Shown here piece by piece: positions 24,301-38,054 of a stretch of DNA of 64,000 bases. The DNA lies in assembly GCA_051294375.1 (NCBI GenBank), contig CM119263.1, positions 3,249,232 to 3,313,231 on the forward strand. Direction: 5' to 3'. The stretch comes from Paraspadella gotoi (Eukaryota > Animalia > Chaetognatha). The notes below the pieces were generated by a model. That model did no database searches. It was not told the origin of the DNA and saw nothing but the letters and a program-made list of their open reading frames with translations. The first letter of the stretch is position 1, and every line of letters begins with the position of its first letter. The translations under genes and the position numbers were made by a program.

Positions 24301-27300
24301 CGGTCCAACGTCCGTTCGGGAGTTGACGAGTGACACTCGCCGTCCGTCGACGACGCCCCGCTCGCGTACATCCTTTGCATCTCCGTCGCCTCCTGGTAAA
24401 ACGGAAAGAAATTTGAAAAAAGGATTTTTACAATAGAATCGATACGCAAATAGAAACAACTTGGAATGTTATTGTTAATAAGGATAAAATACATTAAGTT
24501 CTCAACAATTAGCAGTTGGATCAAATCGAGTTAGAATCGATATTATTTTTATGTATTGCACCAAAAAAAATGTTTCCATTTAACGTTCTAACTCGATAAT
24601 TATTTTGCATTTCATAACTTCTCGGCGTCATTAAAAAACCCTCACCTTTCTCTCCCACGCCTCCTGAAGAAAGGCGTCGAAGGCCGACGTCGCGGACCGA
24701 AAGTCGCGTCCCGTCGTCATGAAGTGACAACCGAAGACTTCGGCGAGGGCGGAACCGGATTGGAAGAGCTCTTTCGAGAGGTCGCTGGCGGGAAGAGTGA
24801 GAGAGCTCGTTAGAAAGCTGAAACCGACGTGGAGGCGTCAGCTGTGACAGTCGTTGCTCATCCAATGACAGCAACAACATTCGATTGCATCGACATTCGA
24901 CAACGACTTCAAAATCTAAGAGGATGGCAGCAATGGACCTTATTATCCTCAAATACAACAATGAACATTAATTACAATTAAACACAATTAATCAATTAAA
25001 AAATATTCACAAACAAAATCACCACAATCATCCCCAAAAACACCACAAACATCACTATAATCACATTTAGGATCACCAAAATCACCAAAAATAAAAAAAA
25101 TCCTCACTTGTTAAAAATACTGCTCGATCTCAAGAATTCGTTCTCCTCGTTGACGCCCAGTATCATGGTGGGCGTGGCCTCGCATCCCGGATGTAATTGG
25201 TTCGATTCTAGCAGCATTTGGCACATGACGAAGGAGGCGCGGCGCTGCGTGAAGTAGACGAGGACGAACCCGTGCGGCGCTGACTGCGGCGCCAAGTAAG
25301 GATCGGCGGGCGGCAGGAGGGTCGAGGAGGAAGGCTCGACGAGGCCGTCGCGGAGTCGATGAGCGCAATGGTAAGAAGACAGCATGACCTCCACCTTTTG
25401 TTTGGTCTTCGATTGGCGGGAGGTTGAGGGGGAGGATAAATAGCAATTTAAGCAATAAACTAACCTAATTATGTAGTATTATAACTATAAATAATAATAA
25501 TAAATAAATAATAAATATAAGTAATACATTTCAGAGGCCGCTGAGAACAGCAAGATATTTAATATATTTGACACATTCTCCATGTCTTTGAGATTTTTTT
25601 TTTTGGTTGAAAGCCTTTCACAAAAATAATTCAGGGCAACCGCACTTACCCCATTCAGGTAAGTCTCGAAAGTGATGGAGTGATTATGCGACGCGAGCTC
25701 CGGTCGCGTGATGTAGCAGCACTGGTGGTTGAGGAAAGGCCCCAGCACCAGATCCAGCGGGAACGGGTCGCCGCACATGAGAACGAGACCGATCGAAGAT
25801 CCGCGGCGGGGCGCTGACCCAAAGCTGAGGGGGGAGCATCGAGGGGCGAGGGGGAATTGGAAGGGGGACGAGACGGATAAGGGGGGGCGGGGGGAAGGGA
25901 AGAGTTTGGGGACGCGGTGGGGTGGGGTGGGAGAGAGGAGGAGAAAGAGAGGAGGAAGAAGGGAAGGAATTAACGAGACATTCGGTCGAGGGGAAACGAA
26001 GGAGGAGAAGAGGAATGAGGAGAAGAGGGGCGTTTGAAGGGAGACTTCTCCTCCTCTTCTTCCTCCTCCTCGTCCTGATTCGTAATTGAGAAACTCGGCG
26101 GAACGTGAATCGCGCGGGGGTGTGTATGGCGCCGAAGTGACGTGAGGGGCGCGGCTACGGGGGACGAGTGACGCCGGGGACGCCGGGGGTGACGGGAGAC
26201 GACCCGAGAACCATCCACTGTCTTGACTCAAAGTGGAAACGCTCTTATTTTCATCGGGGAACGCCCCCTCCACTTTTGAGGTTATTGATTTTAAAGTTTA
26301 TAGATTTAGTTTTTTTTTTTACATTTTTTATATTTTTTTTTTTTTTCATTTTTTTAAAGCGTCGGACAGCAATGTGCACAAAACACGCGATGAACCACGT
26401 GGTAAGGAAAAAATTTACGAGCCGGTATTAGTTTAGAATTAAAAAAAAAATTAAAAAGGGAAATAAAAAATATAATTTTTTTTTCCAAAATGGCAAAAAA
26501 AAAAAAAAGTCACCACAATAATTAAAGATCAAAACGATAAATATAATTTCGACGGAAGAGAGAAAGAGATCAAAAAGGGAAAGAGAAGAAAACGAGAGAT
26601 GAAACGTTTTTCGTAATAAAATCTAATTATTGTCTAAAATTAAGTCTAATTTTTCTCTCGGCTTGCTCGTCCCGGCTCACCTTTCAGTTCCGGCTCCCAA
26701 CTCAACGTCGTGGCGCGAAACTTGATGGCGTGAATGAGTTGCGCCAATGTGGCGCGGATTTGGTCGTCGGAAAAGGCGCGAGTCTCTTGGAAATCTTGAT
26801 CGTCCTGTGGAATTAATTCATTGTTAAAATAAAATTGATTGTTAGATTGTAAACACCTACCATTGAATCTTAAGAATCTTAATCTTAAGAAAAAACACAA
26901 CATTCAAAAATTACGTATTATTAGCGTAATGCTTAGAACAGTAATACATTAATAAAATCTATCACATTTTCACACAATCGTGGCGTCATTTTCCCGCCAA
27001 AACTCACCCCGTTGACGGTCGACATAGTCGTCGTCGCGTCCAAAGCGTCCAACTCTGGCAGATCGACGAAGGGACATTGCAAGGAGATCGCCAGATCCCG
27101 ACCCAATTGCCTCAGATCTTCCAACTTATCTTCGGTCAACTCTGACCCTTTGGCCATGACGATGACCACGGGCAGACCCCTCAGGGGCGGGCCTCGATCC
27201 TCGCGGGCATCCGCGTCGGCTTGTCGGCCCTGAAAGTCGGCCAGGGAAGCGCTGCGTCGGAAGATGGGCGGCGTCGTCTTGAGGAAACCGTTGCACTGTG

Positions 27301-30300
27301 TAGAGGAGGTCATAACGTCCTTGGTCTTTGTGGGCGGAAATGTGGGGAGATTCAGTGGCAGTGTGGAAGAGTGTGGGTAGAAGAGGGTGAATGTAAAAAA
27401 AATTAGAGTGGCTTGAAACGAGGAAAAAGTAAAAGATACAGGATAGATTAAATTTATAAATCTGAAATGTTATGATAACCATTTCATCTTATTTGATTAA
27501 TCATCTACTTTTTCAATCCTCACCTTTTGCCTCTCCATCATTGTGTATTTCAGACTCTCCTTGATGTAAAAAAGTCCCTCGTACGAATTGTAAACGCAAA
27601 TGCAACCGTGAGGGAGAAAGCCCTCGGACCAGAAAGAATTGGCCGGAAGGGAGACGTCGCCGGCAATCGGTCTGTAAAGAGAAAAGTACGCGAATAACTC
27701 ATTTGCATATTGCAGTAGAGAAAGGTTATTAAACGTTTGCTTATTCTCTGATAAAGCGCTAGTTTGTAAGGAATAGAATAATTCATCTTGATGAGAGATT
27801 TGCTATAAATGTTTATTTCTCGAGACAATGGTGAATTTAGAAGAGTGAGGTAATATTGTTCAAACGGTAAGCAAATGCTGACGAGGAATGAAAAATTAAA
27901 GCTTAAATGGAGCGAGATATTTTTTATAGAAAATTCGAAGATTTCTAACCATATGTTAATATAGTTTATAGTCAATGGTTAATATAGTTATTATCGTTAT
28001 TGTTATTAATAAAATAAACTTTCTGACTTTCTAGCTTCTAGCAAGATAATAAAAGTTTTTGTTATGATTAAAACATGTTGTTTTTAGTTTTGTTTTGCGT
28101 ATTACTGTTCAACGTTTTAGAAATGTTTCTGATTTTATATTTTTGCGTTTTATATTCACGTTTATCATCTTTAACGTTTTATTAACTTTTTTCCTTTTTA
28201 TTATTCTGTTTTTTACGTTTTAATGTTTTTAATTTTTTTAACCTTCTTGAACGTTTGTTTTTACATTTTTTTATGAATTAGCATATTTTTTATTTATTTT
28301 ATATAAAAAAGGAAAAAAATATGGTTTTTAAACACTTGAAAGATCAAAAAATAATAATAATAATAAAAAACTACAAAAAAGAGTCTTATTGTACTAGGTA
28401 CATTAAATGAGAATGGTTTTTAATAATAAAATGGCTACTGAACCATATAAATATTAAGTTAAGTTAAGTCACAAAGAAATTCTGACGGCAAGAGGTTACA
28501 TCAGTACTCATGGGTTCATACCGAGCTCTTCCCAATCACCTCACCATCCTGACCTGTAATCGAGATTGTAAAGTGTTTCCCTGAGATCGTGATCATCGTC
28601 GTCGTCATCCCTAAAAACGAATTCGTCATCGAGACACAAGTGACGAACTTCGGCGATCATCGAGTCCGCAGTTCCGTCCGATCCAAGCACGATCAGGTTG
28701 AGCTGTGGAATGAGGTTCGTATTTAATCACGGCTGAAGGCACTGTTTAGTCAGTTAGTATGCCTCATGATATTGCGTAAAACAGTAGAAACCTTAAGAGT
28801 ATACATATATACGAAACAAATCTTAATTCAAGGCTACGGAGGGATTGTCCGTGATACCCCGAGGCGCGGGTTATCTCACCAACTGGCGAAGTAAATTCTG
28901 TGCATTTCCATTAAGCGAAAGGCAAAGGAAAGGAGCCGAAACGGTTTTTTCTCTTTTTCCCCCCCGTTCTCTTTTTTCCATCTCTCTAACCTGCGTGGAC
29001 GGAACGCTTGATCCGGTATCGTCGCCGAAGCCGAAGCCTCCGTCGACGACGCTATCAACCTTTGAGGGCACGCCCCACTTGGCGGCGCGACAAAAGGACT
29101 GCGGGCGATGAAGGCGTGAGTTGAGGAATCGTGGGAGTTTGATCTCGTTACATCCGGGACCGGATGGGCAGGTGTCGCGGAAGGGGTTCTGGAAGGGGGA
29201 GGGGGTGAAGAAGGGGTGTTAAATTGCTATATTTGTTTTTCAAATTTTATTCTTTGCTACAGTTTAAGTAAAATTACGGGCTTTGGCTCTTGCAAAACAA
29301 AAGTCAAGTGAACAAACAAGCAACGCTTTGTTTTAACTTCACCCACTCAATCCATTAAATCTCCAAGGCGCAGGCCCGAATTTCACCTGCAAGAAGCCGA
29401 GGTGCCGCAAGAGCAAGACGTTGCGGTCCTCGGCCAGATGGCTGAGCGCCTGATAACGCGGTTCCGTCACAAGAGCCAAATGAATCTCGTCCAAGTCTTC
29501 TTGTATTAGGGTCTGAGAGAAAAGTTGAAGGGCGGGGAGAATGGAGAATGAAAAAGAGAAAATAAAATACTTTTCTTTCTTTTCCTTCTTCCCTACTTTT
29601 CAAGCTTACATTCTTAGTTTAAGTCTTTCCTTGGTTCCTCCACTCCCTTTCTTCTGTCCTTCATTCCCTCACTTCTATTCTCTGCCTGCCTTCCTTCCTT
29701 CCTTCCTTCCTTCCTTCCTTCCTTCCTTCCCCATATCTCGCCTTCTCTCCCTTTCCTTCCCTCATTTTTTTTCTTCTTTCCCTTCCTCCTTTCTTTTATC
29801 TTCCCAACCCTATCCTCCCTTCCCTTCCCTTTACCATCCCTTCCCTTCCCCTTCTCTATCCCTCCCACCTGGAGATCGTAATGTGAGAAGACGTCCTGTG
29901 TCTTTTCGAGTAGAAGCTCTTTGAAGTTTTCCTTCGCCGCGTGAATAATTTGACGCTGGTGATGTGAATACACGTCGAGGCGGTCAGATTCGGAGAGCGT
30001 CTCGTAGGACTCCCTGAAGGGTTCAGGTAAGTAAGGGTAAGTAGAATTGAGACCAAGTAAAAGGATAATAACAACAACGACGAAAGGATTTTTAACTCAC
30101 CTGCCGATGAAGAAGACGGCGACTTCATGAAGGCATTTTCCGGGGACGACGTAGGGCGAAGCCTCCAACAGCCCCTTGAAGGCCGTCATCATGTATCGTC
30201 GTCTGGGGAAAATGGATGAGATGATAAGAGTGCAAAACCAAATGGTTGATTTTAAACGTAAACAATAACAACAATAACGACAACGACAACGACAACACCA

Positions 30301-32863
30301 ACAACCATGCCCACCTCTCCTCGGCCTCCAACGTTTCCACGTGTCGCAACCAAGCATTCTCCGCCGCCGCCTCTTCGGCCAAGAAGGCGAGCGGCACTCG
30401 GGCGATCTTCAAGAGGTTCGTCAACTCGCCCTCGGCGGGCAACTTGAGCGTGCCGAAGCCCGCCTCCACGGGGTTGGAGCCTCCGAAGATGGGGTCGAGC
30501 TTGTTGGGTTCGGATCCGCGACGCTGATCGTCCAACTGTTGGAGGAGGCGGGAGACGACCTTGGGGTGTTAAAGAGGGGGGAGGGGGCGAGAGGGGGGAG
30601 TTGGGATCATTGGTGAAGACCTGTGCTTTAAAACTAATTTTAATATTTGCGGTTCGCCCTTACCTCCGGCGCCGGCAGCGACAGATCGGCGTGGTCGGTG
30701 GCGTCCCAAGGCAGATCAGGCGGATCGGACGCCACGAAATGGGCGTCGAAGAGATCGGGGTCATCGACGTCGAGGGCGGCGATGCGGCGCTGGGCGGCGT
30801 CCCAGGTCAGGTCGCCGGCGCCTTAAAAGAGATCGGAGGGTAAAGATTGATGTGATTTATATTTCAATTTAAATAATCGTTTCTCGTATTAAACTTTATT
30901 AAACTTATTAATTCCCAACCCTTTACATAATTTTCGCCCCATACAACATAACTTCCCTCTAACGAAACCCTGCATCTCTTCAGCCCCTTCAACCTTTCCC
31001 ACTCACCCGAGGCCAAATCGGGAAACGCCTCCCGCAGCGCGTGCGGCAGCCGCTGCAGATACAACGCCCTCTTTCGGCCGACGAACTCGTCGCGCATTCT
31101 CGCCACGTGAGCGCGGAAGAGACGCTTCGCCCTATCGCGGCCAAAGAGCTCCACGTAGTGCACGTAGTCCGGATCGTGAGCCACGCGACCTAACACGTGC
31201 TTCCACTGCGCCCTGTGATCGGGCACGTGATGACGGATGAGGCTTTGGTAGGCCTCAGTCGCCACCTCCAACACTTCGTTGCGGGCGCGAGAGGCTTCGG
31301 CGTAGGACGGGGCGCCGCCCTGGTGAGAGAAGAGAAAAGGTGATTAACAATAAAGTCATTTGCATATTGTCGTAAAGGACTTTAATTTTTTTTCAATAAA
31401 CCATTTCGAAGCAACAAACCTTAGGAAGGAAAAGTCACAAAAGTTGATTAAAAAGGTTGTCAACAATATATTTAATCAATTTTGCTGTTTTCCTAAATAA
31501 TTTTATCGAGTTATATTTTTTTTTAACACTTGGAAAGCGTGGAATTTCTTTGTTTCACTTAAAGTGTAAGATTCACTTTCCGTTTTTTAAAAATAATGTC
31601 TTTTATCGATACATTTTGCCATCTCACACAGTTATAATGTAACTATTATTCCCTCGGCAGTTAAACAAGAACGGTAATTCAAATGTGTTGTGCCGCAGTG
31701 ATTGCTTTATCACGTATACTTTTCGTGACATGACGTGATATTATATGATTACAATAACTTTCTTAACCCATATATTTATGACATGCACTGCATCAAGATT
31801 CCGTCTTTTATTATATTTTTAGTTCATATTGCCATTACTTTAAAAACGCTATGTAACAATCGTTTCACCTTCTCCTTGGCGCCGCGACCTTTTGCGGCGC
31901 CGCACTTGGGGTCGATCAGCGCCGCCAGCGTCAAAAACGCCGCCTCAACGTTGACGTTGTCAAAGGCCGACGTCTCAACGAGCGGAATTTGCCGGAAATC
32001 CTGGACGAGTGTAATTTGGTTAAACGAATTAATTTAATGTGAAATAATAATAAAAAAAAATTAAGGAAATTATTAAAACAAAGGAGTCTACGATTCCGCG
32101 TTGAGTTGATATCGCGCGAAAAAAAAAACAAACTTGCAATAACAAATGACCAAAAGGCAAAAAAAGGGAACAAAACACAGAACACGAATCAAATTTGCCA
32201 AACAAGGTTTTTTTGTTTTTTTTTTTTTGCAAACGGCGTCAAGTGATCTAACAAATTGACTCCGGCTGCCAAACCTCAATGACATATTAAGTTTATTAAG
32301 GGTAACGATAACATAAAAACAACATAAATAAGAGCAATATCCAAGATGTCAACAAAACTACAAGAAAATAGAAAAAAGAGAAAAAAAAAGAGTAGGTTCT
32401 TGAAAGCATCGACAACCACAGCACCATCAAGGAAGACAACATCAAACGAGCGACATACTTTGGATTTGGACATCATCCTCTCAACATCCTTGACGAAGGC
32501 GTCGATGGCGTCGTCGTTCTTCGTCGTCGCGACTACGATCGGCTTCTTCGCCTTCAAGAGATTCGTCAAGAGGACGGACACGTACTCGAGTTGCTGCTCG
32601 ATCGGTCTGCAAGGGGGGAGGGGGAGGAGAAGGGGGGGGGCGAAGCGAGGATCGATGGATCGATATTCGGGTGATCATAGAAGTATTAATAAATTAATAA
32701 ATTAATAAATTAATAAATTAGAAGTATTAATAAATCAATCTTTCCGATTATCATTTAAATAATTCGTGTTTAAATCTAATGAATAAAGTCAATCAAATAT
32801 CAATCAATCAATCGATCAATTAATCGAGTCAATTAATTGAGTCAGCCAATGAAGTCAGGGAGG

Positions 32864-32896
<33 letters not shown>

Positions 32897-32961
32897 GAGT
32901 TAATTCGTTCTGGAATGAATAAATTTAACAAGTGATTCTGCCTATTCATTCAATGCATAAT

Positions 32962-32993
<32 letters not shown>

Positions 32994-33669
32994 GTTAAAA
33001 TGAAATATCAATTCATCACCTATTTAACGATAAATCAACGAACCAATCAATCAATCAATCCGCACTGACCTGTTTTGCACTGGAGAGACGTCCAGGCAGC
33101 AGACGAAACCGTCGACGGCGAGCTTTCCTCCTTCAGGCAGAGGGCGTTGCTCGAACTCGTGCTCCAACCCGAGTTGATTCTTGCAGATGTACATCAATTT
33201 CTCGGCGGACTGAAGCTTCGTCGCGACGCAGCGCTTGAGGTAGGGCTCGGTCTTGCGACTCTTGAAGGCCTGGCGGGGGAAGGGGGAGATTATTTTGTTG
33301 GACCGTTTTCCATAAGCGACCCGTTTCTACTTTTAAAGTTCAGTATTTAAATTAGTTTTTGAAGTTAAAAATTAATTTAAGTTTCTGGAATAGGGTTATG
33401 GGTAAGCTTAAAAAAATTTGTATATTGAAATTAAAATTAAATTTAGTGATTAGGCGCTTTTAAATAAAAGTGCCATTTTATCATTGTATTCTAAAAACAA
33501 AACGTTACGATCGTTGAGAAATTAACATTTAAGTCGAAACATCTGTTTTAAAGAGTGAGAAAAACTTTTAGTTCACAAATTTGACTAAGAAAAATAAAAT
33601 TTTCTTTTTTTCTCGGGATGAGTCAACCTTTGGCTCTTTTTTAAACTCTTACGTTTAAACGATTTTAAA

Positions 33670-33700
<31 letters not shown>

Positions 33701-36571
33701 ACACAAAGGGCGGAAAGTTTATTGCAACTCGATCAAGTCTTCGCCAACAAGAGAAATTACAAAAAGCCACCAAGTATTCCAAATTCATGTCGGTGAAATT
33801 TTTTATCACACCTTATCTCACTCTTTATCTCTCACACTTAATCTCACCCTTGACTCCACCCTCGTCTAAAACAACAACTTCGCCGCTCACAATCTTCCGC
33901 CCAGGTCGTCGACCGCCGACCGACGCCCCCCCTCGCCCCCGCACATTTCGATCCTCTTTCTCTCCGCAAAAAAAGGAAGGAAAAAGACTTTCCCCCTTTA
34001 CGTCGCCCACCCCCGTACTCACCTCGGTCCCTCGCCAATCCCACACTCATAAATTCTGATCTTTTATACGTAAAAAATAAACAATTCGATCCCCAAAATG
34101 ACTTGGACCGGTCTTTCAAACTTCCGCCACGCCCACTTCAGTTCACCACGCCCACTTCCTGCCCACCTGGAAGGAAGAGTCGTCGACGAACTCGGTCTGC
34201 TCGATGACGTTGAAGAGAAGGTCGACGCCGTCTTCAGTCTTCGTCACCGACCCCCAGTAGAGGAAGTGATCGTTGTTGATCACGCGAGAGGAAAAGTCCG
34301 ACTGACACAGCACCGACGAGTGGTCCGTGTGAAAACTCCGGTGCCGCTAAGAGGGCACGACGAACCTTGAAAGGGTGGTGAATGGCGGGTAAGGTTTGGG
34401 GGAGGAAAAAGGGGAAGGACCGGGGGGGAGATATTGGGGAAAGAGAGAGAGGGAGAGATGTGGAGGAAAAGAAAAAGAATGAATGATGTGTGGTAAAACT
34501 TGTTCCAGGGTCATTTAAAATAATTCATTGCTATGCGGTGAAAGTTTTACAAAGGATTTTATTCGTGGGTGCAAGTACTGCTGATCACTACACTGCTCAT
34601 CCATCTACCTCGTTTTCTTTTTTTTAAACCGAAAATCGCGCATGAATGTGAACAAGTTAAGATTTCAAACGATAATTAACAATTTACTTTATGTACGAAA
34701 AAACTGAAACGGAAGTTCTGATTCGAGATGGAATAGATTATTTCAAATTAATTTAACATGAATTTCGCATTCATAAAATATTTTCTTGATCCATTTTTTT
34801 TTTTACTCATTATTTTTGAACGTTTTAAAAACGTTGCTTCCATGTTATACTAGACGTTTTTAGATTTATTACTTTTTCTGGTTTTTATGATTTTGACATC
34901 TGATCCTTGAACGTTCTTGAACGTTATATTCTATAGTTTCTTACGAATTAGTTCATAACATTTTATTAATGGTTACATTTTAAACGTTAGTGTCTTTTGT
35001 TTTTGTTGAATTTTAATAGTCCAGTTTTTAATTCTTTACCGTTTTCTAGTCTTTTACACTCTTACTGTTTCTGATTTTGTCAATACTGTTTTTGGTATTA
35101 ATAAAAAAAAAGGAAAAAAATTTAATAAATTCTCTCTCTTATTTGATTTTTGCTGAATTTAATTTTTTTGTAGATTGTAGTCTTATTATGTTATATGGTT
35201 GTTTAGCGTTGTGGTCGCTCTCCTCAATGTTTTTCCTACATTTACAGTTTAAATTTAAATTTTTACAATTTTACATTTTTACATCATTAAGCTCTTGTTT
35301 TAACGTTTTAAGAACGTTTTTACTTTAAAGTTTTAACCTTTCAATGTTTTTATTTTAATATTTTTTGTTTTTGTTTTTGTTTTCATATTTTGTTTTGGTT
35401 TTTGCGCATAATATTTTTATTATTCCATTTTATACTTGCAGTTTTTCCATTTTTTACTGTTTCTAGTTTTTATGATTTTGACATCGGATTCTTGAACGTT
35501 CTTGAACGATATATTTTATCGTTCATAATTAGTTCATAATTAGTTCATAACTTTCTATTAATGATTCCATTTTAAACCTTAGTGTCTTTTGTTTTTGTTG
35601 AATTTTAATAGTTCAGTTTTTACTTGTTTATCGTTTTCCAGTCTTTTACACTTACTGTTTATGATTATGTTAATACTGATTTTGGTATTAATTAATTATT
35701 ATTAATTATCTTCAGCCGTATTTTTTATTACTAATTATAATAACAATGTCTAATCATACGTGAAACATTAACTTCAATTCGAAGTCGTTTAATTTAATTT
35801 GATTTAATTTAATTTAACGTTACATAATAATTAATAATACTTAATCAAAATCAAAACTTGTGTTTGCATTAAACCCGGTCGCTCACCTGTTGCAAAGACA
35901 TGACTTGCCGACGCCTCCGGCGCCTTTCTCTCTCTCGGTGCCGGAAACGCCGACGACGCTGACGTTGAAAGTCCGCTGGGCGGAAGCTGCGCCGCCGCCG
36001 CCGCCGCTGCCGACGGAGGCTGCAGACAAAAAAAAAAAGTAAAATGGATCGAAGCGACTTTAACAAAAATTCTTGAGACTTTTTTGTTTGTTTTGTTTTT
36101 TCATTTTTTTAAACTACAGTTTGTAAAAAAAAATAAGGTCGATCACCTTTCCTTACTCTACAAACACTCACTCGCACACACTCAAACTGACTCAGTTGAC
36201 ACTCCACATTGAGCGCACACCTCAAACTGACTCCTTGACACTCACTTGAGCACACACTCAAACTGACTCACTGACACTCACATTGACGCACACACTCAAA
36301 AGTGACTCACTGACACTCCATTGACGCACACACTCAAACTGACTCACTGACACTCACATTAACAGCCACACTCAAATGACTCACTGACATCACAATTGAC
36401 GCACACACTTCAAAACTGACTCACTGACACTCCATTGACGACACCTCAAACCCCCGTTCCGAATCAGAGCCAATCAAAAGGTTATCAGAGTAAAATAATC
36501 AAATTAGAAAATGAAGGTTAAAAAATCACACGTAAAATTCACAACACATTAACTTCACCTCTGTGCGTCAT
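18316..36571 (-). CDS. RhoGAPp190: p190 RhoGAP (ARHGAP35/ARHGAP5 family): N-terminal GTPase domain, FF repeats, pG1/pG2 pseudoGTPase domains, RhoGAP domain; ~30 exons
   Basis: ATG exon 36571-36559. 36019-35887 encodes [28 protein letters not shown]; 34365-34167 [34 protein letters not shown]; 33269-33070 [19 protein letters not shown]; 32606-32459 [12 protein letters not shown]; 32000-31869 [17 protein letters not shown]-region exons lie at 31319-29387, pG1 exons at 28702-26681, pG2 LMCGDPF near 25780. GAP exons: 20169-20038 ([19 protein letters not shown], arginine finger), ~19860-19647, ~19413-19254 ([10 protein letters not shown]), 19013 onward (WPTLLRP). As assembled the stop is at 18506; it moves to 18316 if a 1-nt insertion is corrected. 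Confidence 0.95.
20890..21175 (+). mobile_element. Possible tRNA-derived SINE-like insertion in a p190 intron
   Basis: Compositionally distinct block in an AT-rich intron, with B-box-like GGGTTCTAGGCC at ~20936-20947; no second copy in the window. Confidence 0.3.
29690..29730. repeat. (TTCC)n microsatellite within a CT-rich tract
   Basis: Seen directly. Confidence 0.9.
32790..33060. repeat. Interrupted (ATCA)n microsatellites
   Basis: Several ATCA runs in a p190 intron. Confidence 0.85.
36170..36452. repeat. 38-bp minisatellite (GCACACACTCAAACTGACTCACTGACACTCACATTGAC), ~7 copies, in p190 intron 1
   Basis: Tandem units seen directly; inverted copy at ~52972-53270. Confidence 0.9.
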
Positions 36572-37485
36572 GTTTCCGCTCAACGAGACTGAGTCTTCGT
36601 TGTGAACATCACGGCGTCGCTGGGGATTCGCCCAGATCACGTGACAATCATATCAGTTTTTCTCGGTCCTTTTATTCATTTCACATTTTAATTAATCCTC
36701 GGAACGATCGATCGATTTTTTTTTAAATGAATTTAATCTCTTGAATTTTTTATTCGATTTTTTTATTTCGCAAGTTAAGGCATTTTTTTGTCTTCTGTTG
36801 AATCTGAGGGACGAAAATAAAAAAATAATGATTAATAGTGGGAGTGTTAACCATTAACCATTAACCATTAACCGAGGACGATCAATCGAAATAAAGATTA
36901 TCAGTTGAAAATAAAAATAAAAACAACAAAACTGAATTTAGTTTCGAAGAAAAAGCGAAGTTGACCAAAAGAAATGATTGCAACCGATTTAGTCACCAGT
37001 CCTTCCTGCTTGGTCGAATTGCTTGGCCGCCGACTTTTTTAAAAAAATTTTCGATAGATTTTTAGTGACGGAAGAGCACGAAGAAACGACATTTATTATA
37101 TAAAAAGAATGACACTATTCTTAAGAAGTCAAGACGAGACCAAGTTTAGACTAGCCGAAGAAAAGTAAGACGAGAAGCAAAAAGGTAAGACGAGAAGCCA
37201 AAGTAAAGAAGAAAAAAAAAGAGAAGAAGAATAAAAAAGAGAAGAATAAAAAATGAGAATGTAAATCGTGGATTGTACACAATTCACGTGACCTTTCGAC
37301 GCGACGTTCAAAGTTTCCCCAAATTTAAAAAAAAAAGAAAAAGAGTCTGCATCGAAAAAGAAAAAGAAAAAAAAAATTTAAAGTCTGAGATTTTATTGAC
37401 AGGAGAAACGAGAGAAAATCGCGGGAGAGAGAAAATTACACACGCATAAAAAAAAAGAGAGAGAATTTTACGCCGACGAATTTCG

Positions 37486-37666
37486 NNNNNNNNNNNNNNN
37501 NNNNNNNNNNNNNNNNNNNNNNNNNNNNNNNNNNNNNNNNNNNNNNNNNNNNNNNNNNNNNNNNNNNNNNNNNNNNNNNNNNNNNNNNNNNNNNNNNNNN
37601 NNNNNNNNNNNNNNNNNNNNNNNNNNNNNNNNNNNNNNNNNNNNNNNNNNNNNNNNNNNNNNNNNN
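37486..37666. other. Assembly gap (N run); further gaps at 38212-38306, 38647-38671, 49349-49373, 58829-58853
   Basis: N runs seen directly; the last three are exactly 25 N. Confidence 1.
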
Positions 37667-37957
37667 AAGATCATAGGGTAAGTTCATCTTCTTTGGCCGT
37701 TTTCGCTTTTTTTTTACTGCCCCTCATTTTTTTATCGAAGACGACGACGACGACGACAACGACTTCATTTTGTTTTTTCCAGATCACAACGCGTCCGAAC
37801 AAGTCTGGGCCCGTTCAAAGTAATCGCCGATCTTAAATTCTCATTCAGCTGTGAAACTGGACGTCGATGTATTCAGTCTTGATTTGCTTCGGCAAAGTGA
37901 GAAGTTTCTCCAGCTTCAGTCTCAACACAATTGAGCTTTTCACTCTGTGACAAAATG

Positions 37958-38054
37958 TGTCTTTGTCATCTGCAATTCTCCAGTTCATCTGTCTTTGTCA
38001 TCTGCAATTCTCCAGTTCATCTGTCTATGTCATCTGCAATTATCCAGTTCATCT
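37958..38054. repeat. 32-bp tandem repeat x3 (TGTCTTTGTCATCTGCAATTCTCCAGTTCATC)
   Basis: Seen directly; noisy inverted copy at ~51398-51492. Confidence 0.85.
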
